From the IMG/VR virus record IMGVR_UViG_3300037313_000833: DNA of 64,000 bases. The stretch is one strand, 5' to 3'. Of this stretch, positions 54,571-62,630 are shown piece by piece. The DNA comes from a virus. How positions within the stretch are numbered: position 1 is the first letter of the stretch; every line of letters begins with the position of its first letter. The position numbers and the translations under genes were made by a program. The notes below the pieces were generated by a model. The model did no database searches and had not been told where the DNA came from. It saw only the letters and a list, made by a program, of their open reading frames with translations.

Positions 54571-55317
54571 ATGTACATTCCCCCAGAAAAAGAAATCGAG
54601 AAGAAGCTTGAAGCAGTTTACACGGAAATCTTTTCAAACCTTGGACGGTTCAAAGGCTCATTCATCGCAGGGGGATCGATCACATCCCTCGTTCTCGGAG
54701 AAGAGCCAAACGATTATGACATCTGGTTTGAGACCGTGGCTGACTGGGAGAACGCTTGTCACCTTGCACGTCGCGCTGTGGGCGATTTCAACGAAGGGCC
54801 TGTCACCATCATTTGTGAAACGGAACACGCGCTCACGTTCAAGCTCTTAGGCATGACCCCGGTGCTCCAGTTCGTAAAATCCCGCACCGGAGCATATGAC
54901 GAAGTCATTGAGCAGTTTGATTTCCTGCACGCTCAGGCCGCGTACCTCCCGTCTGATGAAGACGGGCTCGAGGGTGAGCTTTTGTTCGGGAACCGGAACT
55001 GCATCGACTTCATCAAAGAAAAAGTCCTCGTATTCGAAGGGAAGCTCGATTACCCAATCCATACGCTTTCGCGTCTCCAGAAGTTTGCAAAGCGTGGCTG
55101 GATCGTCCCCGACCAGACCCTTGCATGTCTGATTCGTGAGATCCGCAGGGCTGATCAAGATCTCATCGATCGGGATCAGAACGCTTGCGGTATGAAGTAC
55201 GGCGGGGAGGATTATCTGGGAGCAAAGAAAGCCGCGCTTGAAGCGGAGCATAAAATCATACACGATCCTGAGACCCAGCAATGCACGTGCGCCATCTGCG
55301 AAGGGATCTTTACTTGA
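54571..55317 (+). CDS. Pol-beta-superfamily nucleotidyltransferase-like protein
   Basis: GGSITSLVLGEEPNDYDIW fits the G[GS]-x(9-13)-DxD signature; C-terminal CTCAIC. Confidence 0.5.
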   Translation: MYIPPEKEIEKKLEAVYTEIFSNLGRFKGSFIAGGSITSLVLGEEPNDYDIWFETVADWENACHLARRAVGDFNEGPVTIICETEHALTFKLLGMTPVLQFVKSRTGAYDEVIEQFDFLHAQAAYLPSDEDGLEGELLFGNRNCIDFIKEKVLVFEGKLDYPIHTLSRLQKFAKRGWIVPDQTLACLIREIRRADQDLIDRDQNACGMKYGGEDYLGAKKAALEAEHKIIHDPETQQCTCAICEGIFT

Positions 55318-55343
55318 CAGCCCTTAGCGGTAAGCCTTAACAT
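55314..55343 (+). promoter_or_regulatory. TTGACA-N18-TAACAT promoter with GCGGTAAGCC in the spacer
   Basis: The TGA stop of the upstream gene lies inside TTGACA. The leader TCAAAGAAGAAGGAGA precedes ATG 55364. Confidence 0.6.
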
Positions 55344-55363
55344 CAAAGAAGAAGGAGAACAAC

Positions 55364-55930
55364 ATGAAACGGAATCTTGGGAGCATTAAGTATTGGACAC
55401 CTGCACGTATTTTGGAAGAAGCAAAAAAGTACAAACAGCGTGGAGAGTGGATTAAAAAGAGTCCTGTCAGTTACACTGAATCGATCAAGCTCGGGCATCG
55501 ATTCCACCGCAAAGCCTGTAAGCATATGAGCTGGGGTCGTAAACTTAAGAACCCGCCTTTGAAGCCGCATGGTTATTGGACAAAAGAGCGCGTGACTCAA
55601 GAGGCTCTTAAGTGGGGGTCTTTCGCTCGCTGGCGTAAAAAGAGCTTCAGTTCTTACCTTATCGCTTATCAGCGTGGCTGGCGAAATCAGATTAGACGGC
55701 TTTTAGGTGATTACTCACATGGCGATGTGGGTCGAAAGTATTGGACTGAAAAGCGTATCGTGAATTACGTCGAGCGAAGCGACTACATGAAGTCCATGAA
55801 AGACTGGGCTAAAGAGTCTCCATCGACTTTTAAAGCTGCAAAGTCGTTGAGCAAAAAGAACAAAAAACTGATGCTGATTTGCAAGGTAGTGATCGAAAAG
55901 CGCGCCGCTCTTGACACACTGACGCGGTAA
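55364..55930 (+). CDS. protein made of three ~45-aa (K/G)YWT-type repeats
   Basis: IKYWTPARILEEAKKY..., HGYWTKERVTQEALKW..., RKYWTEKRIVNYVERS... Confidence 0.65.
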   Translation: MKRNLGSIKYWTPARILEEAKKYKQRGEWIKKSPVSYTESIKLGHRFHRKACKHMSWGRKLKNPPLKPHGYWTKERVTQEALKWGSFARWRKKSFSSYLIAYQRGWRNQIRRLLGDYSHGDVGRKYWTEKRIVNYVERSDYMKSMKDWAKESPSTFKAAKSLSKKNKKLMLICKVVIEKRAALDTLTR

Positions 55931-55940
55931 GCCTTAACAT
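55911..55940 (+). promoter_or_regulatory. TTGACA-N18-TAACAT promoter with GCGGTAAGCC in the spacer
   Basis: Lies inside the 3' end of gene 55364; the TAA stop is the TAA of GGTAAG. Confidence 0.6.
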
Positions 55941-55959
55941 CAAAGAAGGAGAACCTAGA

Positions 55960-56283
55960 ATGAAAGTCGAATATATCTGCAAGGAATGCGATCACAACCG
56001 AATGTACAAAAAGCGTCGCCCTAAAGTTTCGTCAAGAGCTGGAACCTATCCAGTTCTGTCGGGCTTTATTCGTATGCGCCGGATGGAACTCAAGATCAAA
56101 CAGCGGGATCTAGGTAAGATCTTGGGACTCCTTCCATCGGGCATGACCTCGATCGAGCAGGGGAAGGTAAGCGTCAAAACGACCCACCTTCCAACGATCG
56201 CAGAAGCGCTCCAGGTGGATCTCAGAACCATCGTGGACATGGCTGAGCTTGATCGGTTTATTGCGGCAAAAGGAGCGCGGTAA
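55960..56283 (+). CDS. XRE-family HTH regulator with an N-terminal CxxC element
   Basis: LSGFIRMRRMELKIKQRDLGKILGLLPSGMTSIEQGK. Confidence 0.7.
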   Translation: MKVEYICKECDHNRMYKKRRPKVSSRAGTYPVLSGFIRMRRMELKIKQRDLGKILGLLPSGMTSIEQGKVSVKTTHLPTIAEALQVDLRTIVDMAELDRFIAAKGAR

Positions 56284-56291
56284 GGCTTATG
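56277..56291 (+). promoter_or_regulatory. GCGGTAAGGCTTATG element spanning a stop codon and the next start codon
   Basis: TAA 56281-83 and ATG 56289-91 both fall inside the element. Confidence 0.4.
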
Positions 56292-56630
56292 GCATCAAAG
56301 AAAAATAGTCGTAAAAAAGTTTCAAAGAAAGTCGCAAAGACTACCTCAAAAGTAGGTCATATGACCTACAAACTAGGTGATCTGTTTTACGTGGGTAAGG
56401 ATCTCCAGACCATGGAAGTCGCGTTCATCAACGCAGGGAAAGCATTCATGAAACCGATCGGAGGTTTCATCGTTGAGGCTGTCCTCGATGAGCGTGGATA
56501 CGATCGCAAAGGCGTTCCAGCCGTTGCTCTCCAGGTCGTGGAGAAAATCGGTCAGGAAGTCGTTGAGAAGGTCTATAAAGAACAAGAGCGCGTCCTCTTC
56601 GGACACGCCATGGGATCAGGTGCAGTATGA
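56289..56630 (+). CDS. hypothetical protein with a lysine-rich N-terminus
   Basis: ORF; an alternative Met exists at 56361. Confidence 0.55.
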   Translation: MASKKNSRKKVSKKVAKTTSKVGHMTYKLGDLFYVGKDLQTMEVAFINAGKAFMKPIGGFIVEAVLDERGYDRKGVPAVALQVVEKIGQEVVEKVYKEQERVLFGHAMGSGAV

Positions 56631-56818
56631 GTGAACGCTTCGGTCCTTGTCGAACCTGCAAAGGCCGCGGCGTCGTTATCGCTGCAACGGGAACCCGTGA
56701 CCCGGTGCTCTTACGCCCTGAGTACAAAGAACAAGAATGTGGAACGTGTGAAGGCACCGGACACAGCGGTCACGTTGAAGACTGTCCGTGGCTTCAGCCG
56801 GAGGATGAAAACAGATGA
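56627..56818 (+). CDS. DnaJ-type zinc-finger mini-protein
   Basis: CRTCKGRG and CGTCEGTG (CxxCxGxG twice). Confidence 0.6.
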   Translation: MSERFGPCRTCKGRGVVIAATGTRDPVLLRPEYKEQECGTCEGTGHSGHVEDCPWLQPEDENR

Positions 56819-57093
56819 GTCTCCCAATCGATCCCCCAAAACCTTCAGCCTGTCACGGTAACGTTCACTTCTGGGCGGCATCAGAAGCCGAAGGCACCTA
56901 CTGCATTTGTGGTAAGGCCTATAGCCCTAAGCAACCTTACGGCGAGAGAGTCGCTGTAAAGGCTGGAGAGACCCGTGAGTTTCCAGAAGGCTTCAAGGTC
57001 ACATTCCCATTCGCAGGCTTTTGGCAAGTCACCGTCAAGCCTCAAGAGGATCTGGTCAACTCGAAAGCCGCGATTATGGTGATGCGACTATGA
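56815..57093 (+). CDS. hypothetical protein
   Basis: ATGA coupling at both ends. Confidence 0.55.
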   Translation: MSLPIDPPKPSACHGNVHFWAASEAEGTYCICGKAYSPKQPYGERVAVKAGETREFPEGFKVTFPFAGFWQVTVKPQEDLVNSKAAIMVMRL

Positions 57094-57623
57094 GAACATC
57101 CAAGTACCTGAACAACAAAAAGCCCATCTCTGAATGCACTGACAAAGAGCTGAAGGAAGTGATGTCCATTGCACGGATGCATGCGAAGCGCAAAGGCAAG
57201 GATGAGCTTGCTGACGACTTCGCTTCATTCCTCATGGAAGACTTAGCCCGTCAAGGCGTTCTGTATTACAATCTGCAATGGCGCTGGGCTCAGTTCCTAC
57301 GTGAACAAAAAGGGAATCTGGCTCAAAAGAAGGGTCAGGCAAGAGCCCTCGGTGAGTTTAAGCCTGTCCAGATTGACCACGTCGTTGAGGGTGAGACACC
57401 TCTACAGCCCGTGGATCTATCACCCTTGCCAGATGAACCAGACGACATTAACCTATTCTCAACCCGTGTACGTGGGGCTCAAGAGCGAGGTTTCTTGATT
57501 CTCAAGTCTAAGTGGGGATTCACAAACGCCGAGATAGGCGAGGTCTTTGGAGTGTCCGTCCAGCGCATCGAGCAGATCCATAGAACGATCGAGCGTCGAC
57601 TCAAGGCAAGAGGTTTTGCATGA
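57090..57623 (+). CDS. small sigma-factor-like protein (region 4 HTH)
   Basis: ERGFLILKSKWGFTNAEIGEVFGVSVQRIEQIHRTIERRLKARG. Confidence 0.65.
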   Translation: MRTSKYLNNKKPISECTDKELKEVMSIARMHAKRKGKDELADDFASFLMEDLARQGVLYYNLQWRWAQFLREQKGNLAQKKGQARALGEFKPVQIDHVVEGETPLQPVDLSPLPDEPDDINLFSTRVRGAQERGFLILKSKWGFTNAEIGEVFGVSVQRIEQIHRTIERRLKARGFA

Positions 57624-57703
57624 ACACGACATTCGCAACCTTCGGCGCATTGTATTTCGCCATGAGCTTGATCTGGTTCGGGCTTGCTTTATACTGGAGA
57701 TAA
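57620..57703 (+). CDS. possible 27-aa hydrophobic peptide
   Basis: ATGA-coupled; MNTTFATFGALYFAMSLIWFGLALYWR. Confidence 0.3.
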   Translation: MNTTFATFGALYFAMSLIWFGLALYWR

Positions 57704-57705
57704 CT

Positions 57706-58314
57706 ATGAACAGGTACTTCACGTCAGATCAACATTTCTCCCACGCAAACATCATCAAGTATTGCAACCGTCCGTTTGCTGACATCGAAGAGATGAATGA
57801 AGCCATGGTCGCACGTCACAATGCGATCGTGAAGCCGGGAGATGAAGTGTGGCACCTTGGAGACTTCTCGATGGGCCTTTCTGCGTTGAAGTATGTGGCA
57901 AGGCTTAACGGCATCCATAAGCTAGTGATGGGGAACCACGACAAGCCCCATCCCGTTTGCGCGAAGAGCGCCGCACATTCCATTGCAGCGTCAAAAACCT
58001 ACCACGCCGCGGGCTTCGATGAGATCATGCAGACGGCAAGCCTTATCATCGGCGAGGATCGTGTTCTTCTCCATCACATGCCGTACACCGGGGATACGCA
58101 TCCGAAAGAGGAGCGCTATAAAGACTACCGCTTGACGGATGAAGGCTTGTACCTGCTCCACGGTCACGTTCACAACGCTTGGTTAAAGCGTGGACGCCAG
58201 ATCAATGTCGGCGTCGATGTCTGGGCCTTTGCTCCGGTGAGCGAGGACGAAATTCTCGCCGTGATCAATTGCGGTAAGCGCGATCTAAAGAACATGGGAG
58301 AGTTCCCGTGGTAG
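57706..58314 (+). CDS. small metallophosphoesterase
   Basis: SDQHFSH, LGDFS, GNHD, HGHVH. Confidence 0.75.
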   Translation: MNRYFTSDQHFSHANIIKYCNRPFADIEEMNEAMVARHNAIVKPGDEVWHLGDFSMGLSALKYVARLNGIHKLVMGNHDKPHPVCAKSAAHSIAASKTYHAAGFDEIMQTASLIIGEDRVLLHHMPYTGDTHPKEERYKDYRLTDEGLYLLHGHVHNAWLKRGRQINVGVDVWAFAPVSEDEILAVINCGKRDLKNMGEFPW

Positions 58315-58463
58315 TCATTAGCGCGCTCATTATGGCGAACCTCATTGTCCATCCTGACACACCTAACCGCGGTTTCGGCGTATTCTTCGTTATATTGACG
58401 CTGGCCTTTGCTATAGCCGAGGCTGAGCACGCCGCACGTAAGAAAAATCCCCCTCAAAAATAG
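58308..58463 (+). CDS. possible 51-aa membrane peptide
   Basis: GTG overlaps the previous stop; GFGVFFVILTLAFAIA. Confidence 0.35.
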   Translation: MVVISALIMANLIVHPDTPNRGFGVFFVILTLAFAIAEAEHAARKKNPPQK

Positions 58464-58492
58464 TTGACGAAGTCGGTAAGGCTTAGTATCCT
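58464..58492 (+). promoter_or_regulatory. ATAGTTGACG-N17-TATCCT promoter with TCGGTAAGGC in the spacer
   Basis: Read directly from the sequence; AGGAGG and ATG 58518 follow. Confidence 0.6.
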
Positions 58493-58517
58493 TGACTCAT
58501 AGGTACTAGGAGGCTTT

Positions 58518-58616
58518 ATGTTGAGACTTTGGATTAAGCTCTTCGGAATGCACGGTAAGTCCCACGCTAAAAAAGAACAGCGCCGTATTGCAGCGCTGGA
58601 AATGGCGGGTATCTAA
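58518..58616 (+). CDS. possible 32-aa basic peptide
   Basis: AGGAGG lies 4 nt upstream of the ATG. The TAATG junction overlaps the next start by 1 nt. Confidence 0.45.
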   Translation: MLRLWIKLFGMHGKSHAKKEQRRIAALEMAGI

Positions 58617-58885
58617 TGCCTAAGCGATGGATGATCGGCGAAATCGTTCTCGCGCGCTCCTGTCAGTTCTGCGGCGGAGACGGGCTTGTTGAAGTGTTCG
58701 GCGATCAGCAGATTGAAGCCATTCGAAGCCGAGACAAATGCGGTCCTCTTACAGCGGCGGAAATCGCTAAAGATGAGCCTGAAGGGACAGCGATCGAATG
58801 TGGAGAATGTGAAGGCAAAGGCGGTTTTCTTACCGACGCTGGCGCGGACATGTTAAGCTTCATGAAACAGTTTGGAGATAAGTAA
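58616..58885 (+). CDS. DnaJ-type zinc-finger mini-protein
   Basis: CQFCGGDG and CGECEGKG. Confidence 0.6.
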   Translation: MPKRWMIGEIVLARSCQFCGGDGLVEVFGDQQIEAIRSRDKCGPLTAAEIAKDEPEGTAIECGECEGKGGFLTDAGADMLSFMKQFGDK

Positions 58886-58886
58886 A

Positions 58887-59072
58887 ATGAACTTCATGCA
58901 AGCTATAGGAATATTCATGGCTGGGGTAGGTATGACCATCGCAGTTCAAGGCTGTGGACCGACGGAGTCCAAGGCCGGAGGAAATTACGAGAACCACTGG
59001 CGAGGCGCTGATGGTTCAGACTGTTACGTGGTCTATGACTCAGGCCGCGCTGTAGGAGGTAACTGTAAATGA
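58887..59072 (+). CDS. small lipoprotein
   Basis: MNFMQAIGIFMAGVGMTIAVQGC lipobox. Confidence 0.55.
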   Translation: MNFMQAIGIFMAGVGMTIAVQGCGPTESKAGGNYENHWRGADGSDCYVVYDSGRAVGGNCK

Positions 59073-59842
59073 ACGCCTGTAAGAAATGCGGTCGCATGAC
59101 GACCCGTAAAGAACTCTTCAGTTCCTTTTATGATCATTGCGATGTCTGCGACGCACCGAAGAAAAAACCGGATGCCGTCGGTGATGTCGTCATAGGGGAT
59201 GAAACGATTCTCACACTCCCACCGGGGATGAAGTTTAATCACGAATGGAAGCAGTACGATCCTCAATTCGGAAGCCCAGCGAATAAGGTAGTACGCTGGA
59301 GCACGCGGAAGGACACCCTCGTTATGAACGGGACGCATGAGATCATGTCGGTTGCTCCAGGCGCTAGGGGCTATTGGAGCGACGACATCAACTCCGGAGA
59401 CGTGTTCCAGATCAACACCCACAGCTGGACCTGTCTCGTTACAGGCTTCCATCAATTCGACTTCGATGGATCGATCCTGATCATTACTCGAAGCTCGGAT
59501 GGTACGCGCTGGTTCATGGACCCAAACCAAGGGCTGATCGCTGGAAGCGTGAGGGGAAAGCTTCCACATTCTGCACCCCAGATACAGTCGATTCCAAAGA
59601 CAACGCGATCAGCGTTTGCAGTAGGCTCAGGCCCTTGTTATGTTGACTCGAAAGACCCGACCACGATGATTCATGTCATTGGACATAAGCCTAACGGCGT
59701 GTGCTCTTGTGGTCAAACGACTGGCTCTTTCCACATGAGCAACGGAGTCCCAGCGCGTCCAGCCCACAGCCTGAAGTCGTTAAGCGACGCGGTTGATGAC
59801 GCAAAGAAAAAACTCGATGAGATCAAGAAAGGCACCCCATGA
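59069..59842 (+). CDS. hypothetical protein with an N-terminal zinc ribbon
   Basis: CKKCG...CDVCD. Confidence 0.65.
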   Translation: MNACKKCGRMTTRKELFSSFYDHCDVCDAPKKKPDAVGDVVIGDETILTLPPGMKFNHEWKQYDPQFGSPANKVVRWSTRKDTLVMNGTHEIMSVAPGARGYWSDDINSGDVFQINTHSWTCLVTGFHQFDFDGSILIITRSSDGTRWFMDPNQGLIAGSVRGKLPHSAPQIQSIPKTTRSAFAVGSGPCYVDSKDPTTMIHVIGHKPNGVCSCGQTTGSFHMSNGVPARPAHSLKSLSDAVDDAKKKLDEIKKGTP

Positions 59843-60231
59843 AAATCAATGACTGGGAAAGCTTTAAACCAAAGGACGGAACGCAAGCGAGTTACCGAAG
59901 GATCGGGAACGAAGTGGAGATGTTCTTTGTCACCGACGACTCCTTCTTCGATGTGCTCATGGAAGTCGATGCAGGGCTTGACATTGATTACTCGAAAATC
60001 GCTCCCGGTGCGAAACTCGTTTCGGAGACGTACACGTGGGAGATCACCCAGCGCATGCAACCAAGCTTCTGGCGCAGACTCATGGGCGATAAGCCTTGGA
60101 CCGAAACGTTCAAGGTCTACACGATCGGCGGACGCCCTCCCTATGATCCGTCTTACGTGAAGGTGCGGTTCCTGAAGAAAGCTGGAAGCGTTCGGTTCCC
60201 AGGCGTGCCGCGGCAAAAGGAAGAAGGGTAA
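59839..60231 (+). CDS. hypothetical protein
   Basis: ATGA coupling. The stop lies inside GGGTAAGCGGTAAG. Confidence 0.6.
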   Translation: MKINDWESFKPKDGTQASYRRIGNEVEMFFVTDDSFFDVLMEVDAGLDIDYSKIAPGAKLVSETYTWEITQRMQPSFWRRLMGDKPWTETFKVYTIGGRPPYDPSYVKVRFLKKAGSVRFPGVPRQKEEG

Positions 60232-60269
60232 GCGGTAAGGCTTGACACTATTGACAGGATGAGTCAGCA
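60232..60269 (+). promoter_or_regulatory. GCGGTAAGGCTTGACA element with tandem TTGACA hexamers
   Basis: TTGACA at 60242-47 and 60251-56; GGAGG and ATG 60288 follow. Confidence 0.45.
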
Positions 60270-60287
60270 TCTAGCACGGAGGTTATT

Positions 60288-60536
60288 ATGAGCGATTCAT
60301 GGGAAAAAGTTAGAGTCATCGAAGCCGAGACGAAGCTGGTCGAGGCGCAGGCACGTGACAAAGAAGCAAAGGCGAAAGTCCTTGCCGAGTCAAAGCATAC
60401 GACTGCGGTAAAGCTTTTCGGCTTGTCCGTCCTGGACGTACCTCCACTCTTTATCTGGGGAACGTTGTGGCTCAGTCAGATCTTGACGTGGGGCTTCCTC
60501 ATGATGGTTTTCAGAAAGGACGTATTCCCACGATGA
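60288..60536 (+). CDS. membrane protein
   Basis: PPLFIWGTLWLSQILTWGFLMMVF. Confidence 0.6.
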   Translation: MSDSWEKVRVIEAETKLVEAQARDKEAKAKVLAESKHTTAVKLFGLSVLDVPPLFIWGTLWLSQILTWGFLMMVFRKDVFPR

Positions 60537-60745
60537 GCGAATTGAAAGAGCACGTTAAAGGAGTTGTTCGATTCGAGTATTACCGTGACGGGAATCTTTG
60601 GTACATCACTGAGTCCGGATTCAAGTTCCCGGTGCCAATCGACGACATAGGAAACGCCACATTCAAAGCTGAAGACAAAGCCATGCTCTTTATGCGTTAC
60701 ATCAGAAAACACATGGCTTTACGCGACAAGGGAGGTACGGCATGA
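60533..60745 (+). CDS. hypothetical small protein
   Basis: ATGA coupling at MSELKEH. Confidence 0.6.
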   Translation: MSELKEHVKGVVRFEYYRDGNLWYITESGFKFPVPIDDIGNATFKAEDKAMLFMRYIRKHMALRDKGGTA

Positions 60746-61407
60746 GCGCTGAGATCAAAGTTCATTTCATCGATAAAATGGGTAAGGATCTGACGGTTGT
60801 GAATGCCGCACGGATCAGCTTTGCGAACGAGAGCGCTGAGTTCTCGGAGAAAGACCAGAAGCTTGTCGACTACCTCGCAAAGCATGAGCACCTCTCACCC
60901 TTCGAGCATTGCACGCTGACGGTCATGGTGGAGTGTCCGCTGTACATTCGGTCCCAGATTCATCGCCATCGGACGTTTGCATACAATGAAGTCTCCCGAC
61001 GCTATACGGCTGACGGCTTGGAGTTTTATCTCCCGCCGATGGATGACATCCGCGTCCAGTCGAAAAACAATAAACAAGCTTCGGAAGGCGCAATCGATGA
61101 AGCGACCGCACAAAAAGCGCTCGCACGCATGGAGTACGTCGTGATGGTCGCGTCCCAGGTGTTTGACGACCTCATCGGGATGGGCGTCTCACGCGAGCAA
61201 GCCCGCGGCATTCTCCCTCAATGCCTGATGACGAAGTTCTACATGACGGGGAATCTGCGGAACTTTGCTCACTTCGTCCGTCTTCGCGTGGATAACCACG
61301 CTCAAAAAGAAGCGCAGTACGTGGGACAGCAGGTGAAAAATATCATGCTGGAACATTTTCCAAACGCCGCGGCATCGCTCTTCGCGCATTCCGCAAAGGT
61401 GGGTTGA
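60742..61407 (+). CDS. thyX: FAD-dependent thymidylate synthase
   Basis: QIHRHRTFAYNEVSRRY contains the ThyX RHRxxSxxxxSxR motif. Confidence 0.9.
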   Translation: MSAEIKVHFIDKMGKDLTVVNAARISFANESAEFSEKDQKLVDYLAKHEHLSPFEHCTLTVMVECPLYIRSQIHRHRTFAYNEVSRRYTADGLEFYLPPMDDIRVQSKNNKQASEGAIDEATAQKALARMEYVVMVASQVFDDLIGMGVSREQARGILPQCLMTKFYMTGNLRNFAHFVRLRVDNHAQKEAQYVGQQVKNIMLEHFPNAAASLFAHSAKVG

Positions 61408-61655
61408 TGCTTCTGTTCATGGTGGGGCTTTACCTCTTGGGAAGTAAACATCCGATCTGCGGAATCATCTGCATAGTGAGTTCATTGCATGCCTAAACGC
61501 ACCTTAAGAAAATTTGTTGAGGAGCTTGGACCTGATTTATCTTGGGCGATGCTCATCATGCTCGCGCTTTTTTACGCTAAACTGATTCGCGAGAGGCACG
61601 AAGTACCGCAAAATCAAAGCGAAAAGTATGAGGCCCTGAGTCCGGAGAGACACAA

Positions 61656-61684
61656 TTGAAAAGTATTCTTCACAGTGTAATACT
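61656..61684 (+). promoter_or_regulatory. TTGAAA-N17-AATACT promoter placing the predicted start at the ATG of the lipoprotein gene (leaderless)
   Basis: No SD. The -10 ends 6 nt before ATG 61691. Confidence 0.45.
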
Positions 61685-61690
61685 GTATTC

Positions 61691-62263
61691 ATGAATACGA
61701 AAACTTCGTCCCTCCTACTCGTCGCGATCCTAGTTCCACTTTCAGCCTGTGAATCAGGCGGATCGCCGACGAAATCATCCGGTGTGCTCACGGATAAGAC
61801 CACACCGGCTGTAGCTCCGACTTTAAGCCCAACACCTTCACCCATTCCAAGTCCCGTCCCCTCTCCGACATCCACACCATTGAGTCTGGATGGGACTTGG
61901 AAATTCCAGTATGACGTTTGCGGGACAACCGTCACGTCCTTACCCTACAACCATTACCTCGACATCTCAGGTTCCCAGATGATCATCCGGACCCGCGTCG
62001 GAGATGGAAGCGCATGGTGTCCGGGTTCAAACCCATCCATGATCGAGACGCTTGATTACTCGAATGGAGACTTCACCACGACCCCGGTCCAGGCCTACGA
62101 CTACACGGGGAACTGTGCGAACCCGACTCTGAATTATGTGACGGGGCCGCAGACCTCTTACGAAACTTTCACGATGGCAAACGCCACAACCCTAGTGATC
62201 TTTTCCGCGACGAATTGCGGAACGTCCGGCGCTCCAAAGCGCACCTACTACTATAAGCAGTAA
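61691..62263 (+). CDS. lipoprotein with a Pro/Ser/Thr linker and a Cys-containing beta domain
   Basis: LLLVAILVPLSAC lipobox; PTLSPTPSPIPSPVPSPTSTP linker. Confidence 0.8.
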   Translation: MNTKTSSLLLVAILVPLSACESGGSPTKSSGVLTDKTTPAVAPTLSPTPSPIPSPVPSPTSTPLSLDGTWKFQYDVCGTTVTSLPYNHYLDISGSQMIIRTRVGDGSAWCPGSNPSMIETLDYSNGDFTTTPVQAYDYTGNCANPTLNYVTGPQTSYETFTMANATTLVIFSATNCGTSGAPKRTYYYKQ

Positions 62264-62292
62264 TCACGTTTCACGCTCAGAACGTGATCATG

Positions 62293-62330
62293 AGGCCTGA
62301 GAGGTAACACTCTCGGGCCTTTTTGTTTTT
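62293..62330 (+). terminator. strong intrinsic terminator
   Basis: AGGCCTGAGAG / CTCTCGGGCCT stem, then TTTTGTTTTT. Confidence 0.8.
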
Positions 62331-62341
62331 AGACCCCCGGT

Positions 62342-62357
62342 GCGGTAAGCCTTGACA
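62342..62357 (+). promoter_or_regulatory. GCGGTAAGCCTTGACA element
   Basis: Preceded by CCCGGT, as at 18271 and 50230. Confidence 0.45.
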
Positions 62358-62543
62358 AAAACGCAGAAGTGAGAAACAAGATCAGAATCGCCGAAAGCAC
62401 GATGTACACGCAGGCGATGAGGGTCAAACAAGATTTTACGACGCGACGCATCATGAGTTTAAGTTTATGCCCGACCGCTAGGGTGTGTCAACAAGGACAA
62501 CCGACAATTCGACATCAATCTAAAAAATGTATGCGGATAGTAA

Positions 62544-62572
62544 TTGACATGCGAAGTCAAGTATTGTAACCT
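62544..62572 (+). promoter_or_regulatory. TTGACA-N17-TAACCT sigma70-like promoter
   Basis: The TAACCTGAG -10 context is shared with 63425. AAAAGGAGA and ATG 62631 lie downstream. Confidence 0.6.
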
Positions 62573-62630
62573 GAGTTTAGATAGTGGGGAATTAACAACT
62601 TCTTCACAACTGAAAAGGAGACCTGATAAA

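Noticed and set aside
59033-60270. Minus-strand ORFs 59033-59569 and 59713-60270
   Set aside because: They are antisense to an ATGA-coupled + strand gene chain, with no start signals.
62369-62569. 66-aa + strand ORF (GTG start)
   Set aside because: It has no SD and poor composition, and it spans a promoter (62544-72) that serves the next gene.
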